A DNA stretch of 64,000 nucleotides. Source: Octopus vulgaris (taxonomy: Eukaryota). The notes under the pieces were generated by a model. The model ran no database searches. It was not told where the DNA came from and saw nothing but the letters and a program-made list of their open reading frames with translations. The translations under genes and the position numbers were made by a program. Each line of letters begins with the position of its first letter. Positions within the stretch are counted from its first letter, which is position 1. The DNA lies in the NCBI GenBank assembly GCA_951406725.2, contig OX597815.1:20460001-20524000 (forward strand), read 5' to 3'. Below, piece by piece: positions 13,993-26,996 of this stretch.

Positions 13993-15187
13993 CAGGGTGC
14001 GTAAGATATTTGAGGACAGATTTATGTTTATAAAAACAAATATATAATAACAAAAAATAATTTTATTTATCAAAAAATGCTAGGAGGTTAAAAGTAAACC
14101 TTCTTTTCTATAATGATATTCAATAAAGCCACCTTCAGTTTCAACAACTGCTTCTATATGAGATCTAAATCATCTGCATGCTCGAATCAAGTGGACCTGT
14201 TTCATTCTGGACATTACTCTGAATCTTTGGTGTTATGGGAGTGTTCATTGATCTCTCTCTCTCAATAACGCTCCACATGTAATAGTTGGATGGATTGAGA
14301 ACTGGGGTATTAGGGGGCCAAATGTTAGGAGTTATGGGATCATGAAAATTTTCAGCCAACTATTCCTGTGTGATAGTGCAGAGTCTTACTGAAACACATA
14401 TGGCCTTCCATTGCTTACACTGTCTATCCAGAGCTTAACAGTTACTTCCAGGACCTCAATGTATGTGGCAGAGTTAACTCTAAGGCCTTGTGGAAAGAAG
14501 TAAGGAGGCATCACACGTCCTTCATTGCTGACAACCTCTAAAACCATGGCAGTTGCAGGAAATTTTGTATGTATAACTCTTGGAACTTCAGAAGGGTCTG
14601 TACATAATCATCTGTCATTTCTTCTGTTAACTTTTTGATCTTGGTCGAAGTTTTTCTCGTTTGAGAACAACCAAATCAAATCTTTAAGAGCCTTTTAGAT
14701 CAGATGTAGTGATTCGCTTTAGCTTTTTCTGACAAATTGACCTTTCCTCATCATATAAGACTTATATCTGATGTCTTCGTGGACAACATTTCTGACTGTT
14801 CCTTCTGACATGGAGATCTTTTGTAATTGACTTCATAGACTTTCTGGGATTGTAATCAATGTTCTGTTGAACTTACTGGATAAATTCAGGTGTTCTGATG
14901 ATTTCAAAGTGTTTAGAATACTTTTTATGCTTTGATGCTGGTGATACGTTTCCATCTAGCTCCTTACAAACTTTGTGGACAAAAGATCTGACAACTTTTA
15001 AAAATCGAGATATTTCTAAATCGCTATGCACAGCCTTTATAACCACAATAACAGCATGCCTCTTCATTTCTTGAGTAAGCTGAGGGTCTGCCATTATTAT
15101 TTTCTGAAATAAAGATTATACAGAGTTAGCAAAAAATGCAGTAATGACCCCCCAAAAAGTTATGTCCTCAAATACCTTCGCACCCTG
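13993..15187 (-). mobile_element. Tc1/mariner-superfamily (maT/DD37D-like) DNA transposon, full length, transposase disrupted
   Basis: TIRs cagggtgcgtaagatatttgaggaca / tgtcctcaaataccttcgcaccctg, each flanked by TA within (TACA)n; peptides MADPQLTQEMKRHAVIV..., TKFPATAMV...EGRVMPP, WPPNTPVLNPSNYYMWSVIE in broken frames. Confidence 0.9.
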
Positions 15188-15245
15188 TATACATACATAC
15201 ATACATACATACATACATACATACATACATACATACATACATACA

Positions 15246-15276
<31 letters not shown>

Positions 15277-15569
15277 TTATATATGATAATATAAATAATA
15301 TATAAATATATGCATATATACATACATATATGTACATACCTACATTTATATGTATATATACATGCAGGACATCAAGAAAACGTAGAACACAATGAGAAAC
15401 GAAAACATAAAAACAAAAACAGAGAAACGAACTATCTTTCAAACAACGAAAAACTGAGTACAAGACATGCAACACAAGGAATGTTCCCCTTCTTCAGCTG
15501 CCTCTGTTTTGTCTACTCCGCGTTTCGATTATATACATACATACATACATACATACATACATACATACA

Positions 15570-15605
<36 letters not shown>

Positions 15606-15695
15606 TATAGAAAGAGAGAGAGAGAGAGAGAGAGTGAGAGAGTGAGAGAGAGAGAAAGAGGGAGAGAGAAAAAGTGGGAGAGAGAGTGAGCGAGA

Positions 15696-16340
15696 GACTT
15701 TGCAAAGGCATTCGATAAATTTGTTCACGGAATGATACATTCCAAACTGCTTGACCTAGCAGAGTTGGAATTTTCTGAGGAGTCATCAATTTCAAGTGGA
15801 GTCCCTCTGGGTGCTCTACTGGGACCGAAGCTCTCTCAGAAACACCCGCTGTCAGACATACCCGTTGTCATATGCTGTCGATACAAAAGTATCACAAGCA
15901 GCGAAGAACCGAAATGCTAACGTGAAACAATCGTAACACCTGAACACAATATTCTCAAGTGGGTTGAAGAAAACAACATGCAATTCAATGCTGAAAAGTT
16001 GCAAGTACATCACAATCAGTTCACAAATAGATTGCAGTCAGGGCCAGTGTGTATTGTAATAACGGATTCGCCATCAGTACATTATCTGAAAAGCCACATA
16101 AATAACGATGCAAAATTCTGTATGTATAATTATAAGATGGCAACAATGTGCAGGTCACTGGCTGGCTGGCGAGCATGTGGAGAACGTGTGTTTTCAGCCA
16201 CCTAGACTACTGTTCCTAATTATAGTCACTTCATAACCTAATATTAACAGCGGAGCTTAAGGCATTCCAACGGTGTTACATAAATAAGATTACTTCAGTA
16301 CAACAGATGAGTTACTGGGAAAGACAGAAAGAACTGAGGG
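15696..16340 (+). pseudogene. Degenerate CR1-group LINE reverse transcriptase fragment
   Basis: DFAKAFDK, SGVPLGALLGP, WVEENNMQFNAEKLQV and MSYWERQKELR motifs with frameshifts. Confidence 0.75.
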
Positions 16341-16939
16341 TCCAGATCCAAGGATCTAAAACATCGAGCGGTCCGTTGTAGGTATAAAAGAAAACGTTCA
16401 GGAACAATAATAATTTATTACCGTCGAAGGTTGTAGGCTTTTCCCATATCGAAGTTCGATAAGCTAGAAAAACTTTTTTTATAGCACACGGTTAGCAATA
16501 TGAGTTGCTCTGAATGCGAATAAAAATCCAAATCGAGGGAATGGAGCTGGTAAAAATCAGGATAGGCTAGCAAATCCTCTGATGTCATAATTACTCAACG
16601 AGGGGTACTCAGCTACTCATCAGGTCGAAGATACCTTAATTATATGAAGCTTACATCGTTGTTAAGGAATCCCAAGTTAACTCGCCGAAGATATAATTTC
16701 CGTAACGATAATGTTACACTGTCGTTAAAGAAACTGAGATGACAAGGGAATAAACAATTACCTTATGAATTCCATTCGTTACAGCTGTTTCTGGTGCATG
16801 TTTGAAGCTCTGATGAACAGAAACAGGTGTAAATTAATGAAGTCCTTTCCCATCTCATTTTCTTCTTATACATACATACATACATACATACATACATACA
16901 TACATACATACATACATACATACATACATGCATACATAC

Positions 16940-17062
<123 letters not shown>

Positions 17063-17875
17063 GAAATGAAGAAAATGCTGACAAATAATTGAAGTAATTT
17101 AAGTAATTTAATTAGGTGAAAGTTCTTTTTACCGGTTGCGCATTTGTTATGCTTATCAAAATATAAAAGAGAGATTAGAGTCTGTCTCTTATATGTGAAA
17201 AAAAGAGGCTCCAGAGTTGTTTGGGATTTGCTTGGTTTCGCGCCTAAAATTTTGATTGGTCATTATGAAGGGGTCACGTGAATGTTTGAATGGAAGTTGG
17301 TGTTGGGGTAAGAAAAAAAGGCTCCAGAGAAGTTAAAATTTGGCTAGTGTCCCGCCTAAAATTTCTTATTGGCCATAATAAAGAGGTCACGTGAATGTTT
17401 AGAATTTTCGAAAATAGTGTTGTTGAAAATTCTTATTGTTCAGGCTGGTCAGTAGACGTCATGTGGATATCTTAAATAGCTTTTTAGCGCGTAGTTAGGG
17501 AGTGTATTTTCCGCTTGACTGGATAAGTAAGTTCGTTTAGAACAGGGAGAGCTGTATGTATGTATGTGTGTGCGCGCGCGCGCGCGTGTTTATATGTATG
17601 TTGGGGCGCGCGCGCGTGTATATATGTGTGTGTGTGTGGGTACAATTTTCAATATTTATAGTTCTGCTGGCCTTGTGCCTGTATCGGGAAGCAACGTATT
17701 TGTGTGAAGTCAATATTTACAGCCATTTCCAAAAAATAGTGTTGGATGTTTTGCACCCGTATTCAATTATGTGTATGTGTGGAACCATATATTTGTGTGT
17801 GTCATGGTGTTAATATCTGGGTAAAGGTGTGTGTAGGGTGTGTGCAGGTGTAAGTGTGTTTGTTGTGGGTTCGTG

Positions 17876-18124
17876 TTAGGGGCATGTGTTTAGAAGTGGT
17901 CTGTATTTATTAATAAGGTGGGATTCCATGGTTATTCGCTGGGTATGAGTGGCATTGTCTTTAAATTTGTAGAGGGGAAAGATTCTAAAATTGGGATGGA
18001 GTTGTGCGGCACAGGTATCAATATGTGCACTAAATGCTATTTTTCTATATTCCTGTATTTTTATTTGGGATCTGTGGACAGTCATGCGTTGGCGGAGGCT
18101 ATTTTTTGTTTGGCCTATGTAGTG
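17876..18124 (-). pseudogene. Inverted copy of the GIY-YIG C-terminus (from HYIG onward)
   Basis: Same peptide HYIGQTKNSLRQR...LLNTCP on the minus strand. Confidence 0.85.
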
Positions 18125-18145
18125 GGCCAAACAAATAGAAGGGGG

Positions 18146-18517
18146 CCAAACCTAATAGAAGGTCCGGAATTCCTTTTTAAACAAGGACAACGTTTCACAG
18201 TAAGACACAACTTCACATGCGCATCAGAAAACCTAGTATATGTCTTAACTTGCTCGGGCTGTAATGAACACTACATAGGCCAAACAAAAAATAGCCTCCG
18301 CCAACGCATGACTGTCCACAGATCCCAAATAAAAATACAGGAATATAGAAAAATAGCATTTAGTGCACATATTGATACCTGTGCCGCACAACTCCATCCC
18401 AATTTTAGAATCTTTCCCCTCTACAAATTTAAAGACAATGCCACTCATACCCAGCGAATAACCATGGAATCCCACCTTATTAATAAATACAGACCACTTC
18501 TAAACACATGCCCCTAA
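18146..18517 (+). pseudogene. 5'-truncated PLE GIY-YIG endonuclease C-terminus, open to the stop codon
   Basis: FTCASENLVYVLTCSGCNEHYIGQTKNSLRQRMTVHRSQI...AHIDTC...MESHLINKYRPLLN shows the LVY/YIG motifs, catalytic R, E and N and the PLE Cys/His pattern. Confidence 0.88.
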
Positions 18518-19222
18518 CACGAACCCACAACAAACACACTTACACCTGCACACACCCTACACACACCTTTACCCAGATATTAACACCATGACACACACAA
18601 ATATATGGTTCCACACATACACATAATTGAATACGGGTGCAAAACATCCAACACTATTTTTTGGAAATGGCTGTAAATATTGACTTCACACAAATACGTT
18701 GCTTCCCGATACAGGCACAAGGCCAGCAGAACTATAAATATTGAAAATTGTACCCACACACACACACATATATACACGCGCGCGCGCCCCAACATACATA
18801 TAAACACGCGCGCGCGCGCACACACACATACATACATACAGCTCTCCCTGTTCTAAACGAACTTACTTATCCAGTCAAGCGGAAAATACACTCCCTAACT
18901 ACGCGCTAAAAAGCTATTTAAGATATCCACATGACGTCTACTGACCAGCCTGAACAATAAGAATTTTCAACAACACTATTTTCGAAAATTCTAAACATTC
19001 ACGTGACCTCTTTATTATGGCCAATAAGAAATTTTAGGCGGGACACTAGCCAAATTTTAACTTCTCTGGAGCCTTTTTTCTTACCCCAACACCAACTTCC
19101 ATTCAAACATTCACGTGACCCCTTCATAATGACCAATCAAAATTTTAGGCGCGAAACCAAGCAAATCCCAAACAACTCTGGAGCCTCTTTTTTTCACATA
19201 TAAGAGACAGACTCTAATCTCT

Positions 19223-19267
19223 CTTTTATATTTTGATAAGCATAACAAATGCGCAACCGGTAAAAAG
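19223..19267 (+). ncRNA. Degenerate minimal hammerhead motif in the PLE 3' region (mirror copy at about 17126-17170, minus strand)
   Basis: TTGATAA-gcat/aacaa/atgc-GCAA-ccgg-TA-aaaag; stem II and palindromic stem III are kept, but the core differs from CTGANGA/GAAA. Confidence 0.55.
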
Positions 19268-19370
19268 AACTTTCACCTAATTAAATTACTTAAATTACTT
19301 CAATTATTTGTCAGCATTTTCTTCATTTCCTTTTTTATATATCACCACTCGTGTTCGACATCTCCTTTTT

Positions 19371-19428
<58 letters not shown>

Positions 19429-19434
<6 letters not shown>

Positions 19435-20123
19435 AAAATACAAACTGGGACAAGAACGTAAAGCATTTAGAAGACGATACAAAAAACACGGACGGGACAT
19501 TCGAAGCCTTCAACCTTCAGTTAAGAACCGGATCATCCTCGCAATTTCGGCTGATTAATCTTGAGATCGCTCCGATCCGGCCAGCCCCAAGGAAAAACTA
19601 AGCTACGAGCATTAGATTTCTTTGAAAAAGGATCGAATGTATACGAAACAAGGACAGAAAAACGGACGATGCCACACGAATATAAATACAAAAAACAATA
19701 ATTGTAATAACTGGACAAAAACAGCGGGTGTCTTACGACTATAGACAGTACAACTTAGTTTAGCTGGCGTATTTGGAAAAAAATGCCTTTTTCGGCAGAC
19801 GAAGACAACGATGTTCTCGTGGCGCTGGTTAGAAGCCGAAAGGCTGGTTGACCAGCGGTCACGTGAGATGAGAAGAGAGAGAAAAAAAGGGGGCAAAGGA
19901 ATCAAAGAGAGAGAGAGAGAGAAAGAGGGACGAAGGCACCAAAGGGGGGGAGAAGAGAGAGAAAGAAGGAATTAAAGAGGTGAGAAGAAAGAGAGCGTGC
20001 CAAGGATTGGCTTGCCGACAGAATCAGTGAGGTGTAAATTGAGAAAGACAGAGAAATGTGAGAGAGAGTGGGGGAAGAGGAGACCAAAGAATAAGAGGCA
20101 AGAAAAGAGAAAAGGAGGAGGAG

Positions 20124-20175
<52 letters not shown>

Positions 20176-20389
20176 GCAGATCAAAGTAGAGTGCAAAGTG
20201 TGAAAGGCAGAGAGAGAGACAGTGTTATAGAGTCGTACCAAATTTAAAGGAATATATACTTACATACAAGGCCAAAGATGGTACGGGCGCCGCTATATAT
20301 ATTATATGTAGAAAAATACAAACTGGGACAAGAACATAAAACATTTAGAAGACGATATAAAAAACACGAAGCCTTCAATCTTCAGTCAA
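19429..20389 (-). mobile_element. Non-coding element A with direct terminal repeats (19429-19524 and 20307-20389; offset 878)
   Basis: Repeat aaaaatacaaactgggacaagaac...gaagccttcaa.cttcagt.aa at both ends, GA-rich interior, (TA)n flanks; strand inferred from the T-rich tail. Confidence 0.7.
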
Positions 20390-20420
20390 TGCATACATAC
20401 ATATATATAAAATAAATAAT

Positions 20421-20525
<105 letters not shown>

Positions 20526-21172
20526 GTATTATGTGTGTGTGTGTGTAAACTTAGATGTTTCGACCAAAATTGGCCCAGGCTGTATCTAATTGAATTTTCC
20601 CACCTGAGGGAATCTTTTAAGTCACTTTTAAGTGAAATAGGGAGCTGTTGTTGACTGAGATATATCCAGATATAGGTGGTTTTTCTGGTACCCTTGAAGA
20701 AGTTTGTCCAGATATCATTTGAAGGTTATGAAACCCTTTTCATCTTTCATTTGCTTTGGCTTAATATCAAATAAGGCAGGGCTTGTTGATGAAAAGTCAT
20801 TGTGTTGCAATGTGACGATATGTTATGTGCTTGAAGTGCGTATGAGTCGTATGGCACGACTCGGATAAATTGTAAACTTGATGTTAAGGTTGTTTGGGCA
20901 ATGCTGGTGGTATATTCTCCATATTGAGCAAAGGATGTAGTGCTCGAGGTGGCGTTGAGGAGAATAAATTTTCAATGTTTTAAGACTGTTCCAATAATCA
21001 AGATTGATTATGACATTAATTTATTTATTTGTAATTGCTCACTGCAGTGTCTCGGTTCTCATAATATTTTGCTTGATATAGGAAGCCACAGGAGGTAACA
21101 GCAATATAGATGAGGCGGTACGAAAAAGGGAAAGGGAATGATGCCACGGATGGTTATTGTGAAGAAAGAGCA

Positions 21173-21403
21173 AGGCGGCGAGCTGGCAGACACGTTAGCG
21201 CGCCGGGCGAAATGCTTAGCGCTATTTCGTCTGTCGTTACGTTCTGAGTTCAAATTCCGCCGAGGTCGACTTTGCCCTTCATCCTTTCGGGGTCGATAAA
21301 TAAAGTACCAGTTTCGCATTGGGGTCGATGTAATCGACTTAATCCGTTTGTCTGTCCTTGTTTGTCCCCTCTATGTTTAGCCCCTTGAGGGCAATAAAGA
21401 AAT
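21173..21403 (+). mobile_element. Meta-like SINE S1, monomer
   Basis: Full head, core and tail match the other S1 copies. Confidence 0.85.
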
Positions 21404-22391
21404 ATATTGTGAAGAAAGAGAGTATGGTTGTGTGAGCATATTCTCCTTTCTAAAGTGTACGAGTTCAAATTTCCCCTTATTTAGCAGCATGATATTTCTG
21501 CCCGCCCATTCAATTATAGTATATTTATCAGGTAGTCATTTTTTTTTCGGTCTTCTCCTTTGACAAGTGTTTGAAGTTTGGAGTCATCTGCAAATATCTA
21601 TATTTTGTTGTGCTTGATGACATTTGAGATATGGGGAAAAGTGGGCCCATTATATTCCCTTGAGGAAAACCACTAGCGATTTTTGCTGGGCTTGAGGAGA
21701 TCCAATCGCTGACAACATGTTGGGTTCTGTTCACCAGGAAATATTTGATCTAGTGCAGCAGTTTACCATGGATACCGGTGATGGAAAATTTTAACAGTAG
21801 GATGTTGAGCCCTAATCAAAACTTTAAGGTTGTTATCAAAGTGATGTAAATATTGTGTAAGGTGGTCTCTGCTGCACGAATGCTGTGCTGGTAAGAGCCT
21901 AGGAGATTGTTACTCTCCAGGAAGTCAGTTATTCTTGTTCATGACATTCTTTCAAATATTTTGATGACATAGAAAGTGAGTTAGATTGGGGATAGTTAAG
22001 TACAAGTAACCTGATTCCCCTCTTTGAAGGGTGGAATAACATTGGGATAAGAAATATTTGGATATATAGCCTGACTGAAGATTTTCTTTGTAGGTTGGTT
22101 AGAGGTGACGCAATTTGATATCTGCATTTTTTTAGGACACTCGTAGAGAATCTGTCTGTGGCTACTGCAGAATAATGTTAGGTTTCGTTTATTGCTACAG
22201 AGGTGTCTGAGGTATGAAAGTTATATCGGAGATAGTATATTTGGAGTTGATTTCATTGGAATAGCACAAGTCAACCTCAACTGAATCACTGAAGGCAGAG
22301 TAATGGTGTTTCTGCAGGACCACTGTTATTTCATGGTGAAGAATGCTATTATCATCTATCAAGTGGACCAATGGATGAGGCAGCGGTCCTA

Positions 22392-22690
22392 TACTTGTAC
22401 TTGTACTTGTGGCGACATTCCCCCTGGGCGGGTTGAGTCGGCTTCTTTTACCACCCTCGAGGCATCTCGAACCATGGCAGCCCACGCACGACGGTCCTGC
22501 GCCAGTTCACTGGAGATAGCGAGCCAGTCACGGTTCCATCGGCGCAGGCCGACCACCTGTGGACTCGTGAGCACGGAGAGGTCCTCCTTGATCGTCGTAA
22601 CCCAGGTCTTCAGCTGCCTGCCCGGGCGTTTCCGCCAGTTGGGAAATGGAGTTGGGAGAAGGACATCACGGCTCAGTTCACGGCTCATCA
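22392..22690 (-). mobile_element. RTE-clade LINE 3' end, 5'-truncated
   Basis: WRKRPGRQLKTWVTTIKEDL...ELAQDRRAWAAMVRDA followed by a (CAAGTA)n tail; GC-rich relative to its flanks. Confidence 0.85.
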
Positions 22691-23724
22691 AGGTCCTATG
22701 CTTGTTGGTAGATGAAGATAACACTTTTGGGTTGTGTTTGATTTCTTTAAATAACCCAGTCTTCCTCTGAATCCCTTTTGTTGTTAATATACATCTTCGT
22801 GCTGTTCAGCAGATGATATTTTTCCAAGTCAAGTATCTGCCAAGTTGTTTGAACGTCTGGGGAAGTTTGAGCGAAGGATCAATCGATAAACAACAGATTT
22901 TGCCTAATTGCTCTTCAGTCAGCTTTGTGAAGATTACTATTATCGAATAGGTGAGCTGACTTGAGAGCGACTGGTTTGGCTTTGGCATGTTGACTGTGGA
23001 TGCTGTTGCCGAATGTACTTTAATTCTAGCATGTCAGACAAGCGGCCCTTTTCAAACACAAAGGGGGTCCTCGAATGGCATAGCTAGCGAGGAACACTCA
23101 AAAATCTTAATAATGAAAATAATTAATAATAATTTAATTTGTGAAAATAGGATTATTGATGAGCAAATAAAAGGTTTAAAATTTTTTTTTATTAATGATA
23201 AAGAATTGATACGATGGAAATTTTTGCTGTAAACGTGTGTTTAAAAATATGCGGCCCCCATAGCAACACGTATGTGAGCAATGCGATCCATAGAGACTCT
23301 GCAGTTTGACATGTCTTCTTTAATCGATTGATTATTTTTTTAATTAAGTTTTTTTGATTTTCCTGATGTTTTTTTTTCTCTCTCTTGGGAACCAACTTCT
23401 ATTTATGCTAATGAGTTTTGCTGAAGCCAATTTTGAACATGTACAAGTGACAATGTTCTCAAACCTCTGCCAAGTTGTTTGAACGTCTGGGGAAGTTTGA
23501 GTGAAGGATCAATCGATAAACAACAGATTTTTTGCCTAATTGCTCTTCAGTCCGCTTTGTAAAGATTAATATTACCGAATAGGTGTGCTGGGTTGAGAGC
23601 GACTGGTTCGGCTTTGGCATGTTGGAAATACAATTGCAGAGTACCATGTCATGGTCAAGAAAGGAGGTCCGAGACATGTTTGTTTTTTTTTCTTGTTGGC
23701 TCAAGCACAAGCTGGAAAACGTAC

Positions 23725-23767
23725 GCGCGCACACACACACCGCACACACACACACACACACTTCGAA

Positions 23768-23798
<31 letters not shown>

Positions 23799-23850
23799 CG
23801 CACACACACACTTCGCTCTCTCTCTCTCACACACACACACACACTTCGAA

Positions 23851-23881
<31 letters not shown>

Positions 23882-23937
23882 CGCACACACACACTTCGCT
23901 CTCTCTCTCTCACACACACACACCGCACACACACACT

Positions 23938-23987
<50 letters not shown>

Positions 23988-23990
23988 CGC
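23725..23990. repeat. Compound (CA)n/(CT)n minisatellite
   Basis: Repeated unit (ca)n-ccg-(ca)n-cttcg-(ct)n. Confidence 0.8.
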
Positions 23991-24269
23991 AAATATAGAT
24001 ATAGGAAAGAGATGAAGGTTTCACGAGTTCTTAGTGAATAACCTGCACAAATGATTTGTTTATAATGATTAAATGTTTGTGATGTTCATCAGGTCACCCC
24101 CCTCCGTCAAATTGGTGTTGCGTGAACAAGTGCACAGTGTGTCACACACCAGAACCGATCGCAGAGCAATGGGTGAGACAAAGTGCTTTGCTCAAGATGG
24201 TGAGTGCGACACATTAACCACTAGGCCACGTGCCCACATCTCTCTTTCTCCCCCTCTGTCTGTCTGTCT

Positions 24270-24600
<331 letters not shown>

Positions 24601-24777
24601 TATATATATATATGTAACAGAAATTAAAAAGAAAAACGTGCTTATATTATTTGTTCCTACGCACGTTTCACCATTCTGATTGTTTGGAATCCTGCACTGG
24701 ATGTTCCAAGCGTATCTGGAGACTTAACCAGGACGGATCATCAAGGAAGTCTTGCATCAATTTACAGAGAACTAATG

Positions 24778-24809
<32 letters not shown>

Positions 24810-24957
24810 TGTATGTATGTATGTATGTATGTATGTATGTATGTATGTATGTATGTATGTATGTATGCATGCATGCATGCATGCATGCATGTATGTATGT
24901 GTATATGTGTGTATATATGTATGTGTGTCTGTCTGTATGTATGTATGTTTGAATGTA

Positions 24958-25470
24958 TATCTCTTCTATTTTTAATTATTATAAATCTTCCACTGAGGAG
25001 GGATCCAGTTTCCAACAAAGATACAAAGCTCATCTTTGAGATGTAGTTAACACAGACAAGTTCACATTTGGAACTTGAGAAGAGTCTTGCATATTTTTAC
25101 TGTTCCACTTACAGATTGCACTTGCAATGTACGAACTAGTCAGTTGATTTCTCTTTCTGAAAATTCCAGTTTATGCAGATTCTTCTTTAAGCATTTACTA
25201 ACAAAACCTAATGCTCCAATTATTATTAGTATGAATATGAATTCATAATCTGGATATATAAGCTGGAAGTTTCGAAGCAGTTGTCCATAGATATCCTCTT
25301 ATTCTTTGATATTCAAAGAGATATTTATATCTGCAGGGCAGCTAACCTCTGTGATGGTACATACCTTTGCCCCTCTATCCCAAAAAACAAGATGGAACCT
25401 TGTATCTTTGTTGGAAACCGACTCCCTCCTCAGTGGAAGATTTATAATAATTAAAAAATAGAAGAGACAT
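24958..25470 (-). mobile_element. R4/Dong-like LINE 3' fragment (REL endonuclease end plus 3' UTR) with an inverted copy of its 3' end
   Basis: HLVFWDRGAKVCTITEVSCPADINI...IIIGALGFVSKCLKKNL...SGTVKICKTLLKF; about 80-bp inverted arms at 24958-25036 and 25389-25470. Confidence 0.7.
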
Positions 25471-26094
25471 GCATACATACATACATACATACATACATAC
25501 ATACATACATACATACATACATACATGCATGCATGCATACATACATACATACATACATACATACATACATACATACATGCATACATGCATACACACATAC
25601 ATTTTGATGGGAATATTCCACCAATATTCTTTGAGTTGATTTTTATGAATGTATTCCATAACAGAGGTTTATTTCAGGACATTCGTTTTTACAGAGGGCA
25701 TTATAAATTGTTTTAGCAACAACATCATGCCACTGAGGAAGGTAGCACCGTGACGACATTTTAGGACAGCTGCTAATCACATGCGTGATGTCTTTCACAG
25801 GATTACAAGAGCGTCAGTCTTTTCTTGTTCACCAGGCGTTAACATTTTCGTCACCCTCACTGATCTGATCAGTTACACGGTTTGACTGCAGCCGTTTGAT
25901 AATTACTGAGTGGCGACTTTTTGTAGATTTCTAACTTCTTTAGTCTTGTTAAACACAGATTTATGGATCTGTGGGATAGATGTCTTGGACCTCTTTACAC
26001 TGGTCTCTGTCACTTGTAGGGTCCTAATCTTTTCGCTGTTTACGCCATTGTACCTATCATTATTATCGTGTCACGTCCCGCTTTCCTCTCTGTC

Positions 26095-26164
<70 letters not shown>

Positions 26165-26169
<5 letters not shown>

Positions 26170-26996
26170 TTTACATAAATAAATAACGTGAAATACACGA
26201 AGGGACGAACAAAAAGACAAACGGGTCATTCAAAGCCTTCATTCTTCAGTCAGAAACTGATCCCTCATCGCAGATTTCGGCTGTTTAATTCTGAGATCCG
26301 CTCTGAATCAGCCAGCCACAGAAAGAAAGAATACAACGCAACAGAGACGAACATGAAACGAAAAATCTTTTTGGGAGACAGTAACGGTTAAAAACATGGA
26401 TGACACAGGCGCCCTACGGCTTTGACACAAAAAGAGAGACACAACAACAATATCAGCAAGCGTGGAAAAATAATTACCTTTTCGGTGATAAGACACATGT
26501 TGAACAAGCAGCCGATGGAAACAGAATGGCTGAGGCAGCAAGTCACAAGAGGGTAAGAGAGAGAAGAGGGTAAGAGAGAGAGGGGACCAAGGAGGGTGGA
26601 AGGCGAGGACAGAAGCAGTGACCGAGAGAGAGAGGGAGAGAAGGAATCAGAGAAGAAGCAGTGACCAAGAGAGAGAGGGAGAGAAGGAATCAGAGAAGAA
26701 GCGGTGACCAAGAGAGAGAGGGAGAGAAGGAATCAGAGAGGCTGGGAGAAAAAGGCGCCGAAACAATTTGGCAACGAAGCAATGGCGAAGGAAAGAAAAT
26801 AGTTTAAAGACATCATGCAGGGGTTTTGATATGATAAACATAAAGAAGTTATTATGCACGTACGCTGCGAAATATATAATAAACCTTTACATAAATAAAT
26901 AACGTGAAATACACGGAGGGACGAACAAAAAGACAAACGGGTCATTCAAAGCCTTCATTATTCAGTCAGAAACTGACCCCTCATCGCAGATTTCGG
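26165..26996 (-). mobile_element. Non-coding element B with direct terminal repeats (26165-26280 and 26881-26996; offset 716)
   Basis: Near-identical 116-bp repeats, GA-rich interior and structured motif homologous to element A; (TA)n flank. Confidence 0.75.

Larger units (their letters stand above)
20600..22810 (-). mobile_element. Degenerate CR1-group LINE (RT and C-terminal region) interrupted by a SINE and an RTE fragment
   Basis: SGFPQGNIMGPL (RT motif), a decayed FADDTK region and the C-terminal PEKPPISGYISVNNSSL, in broken minus-strand frames. Confidence 0.7.

Noticed and set aside
16775-16840. CTGATGA-aca-GAAA-caggtg-TA and the inverted gaaacagctgta
   Set aside because: No stem II or convincing stem I; possibly a decayed HHR half but not supportable
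17918-18145. N-terminal 76 codons of the 199-aa ORF as a novel fusion protein
   Set aside because: Mostly the antisense of the inverted arm plus junction sequence, open by chance; only 18146 onward is GIY-YIG
22837-23623. ~155-bp duplication (22837-22991 and 23467-23623) as an LTR pair
   Set aside because: Continuous with the decayed LINE region and lacks TG...CA ends, a primer-binding site or a TSD
23725-23990. Regularly spaced repeats resembling a CRISPR array
   Set aside because: Spacers are microsatellites, the context is eukaryotic and there are no cas genes
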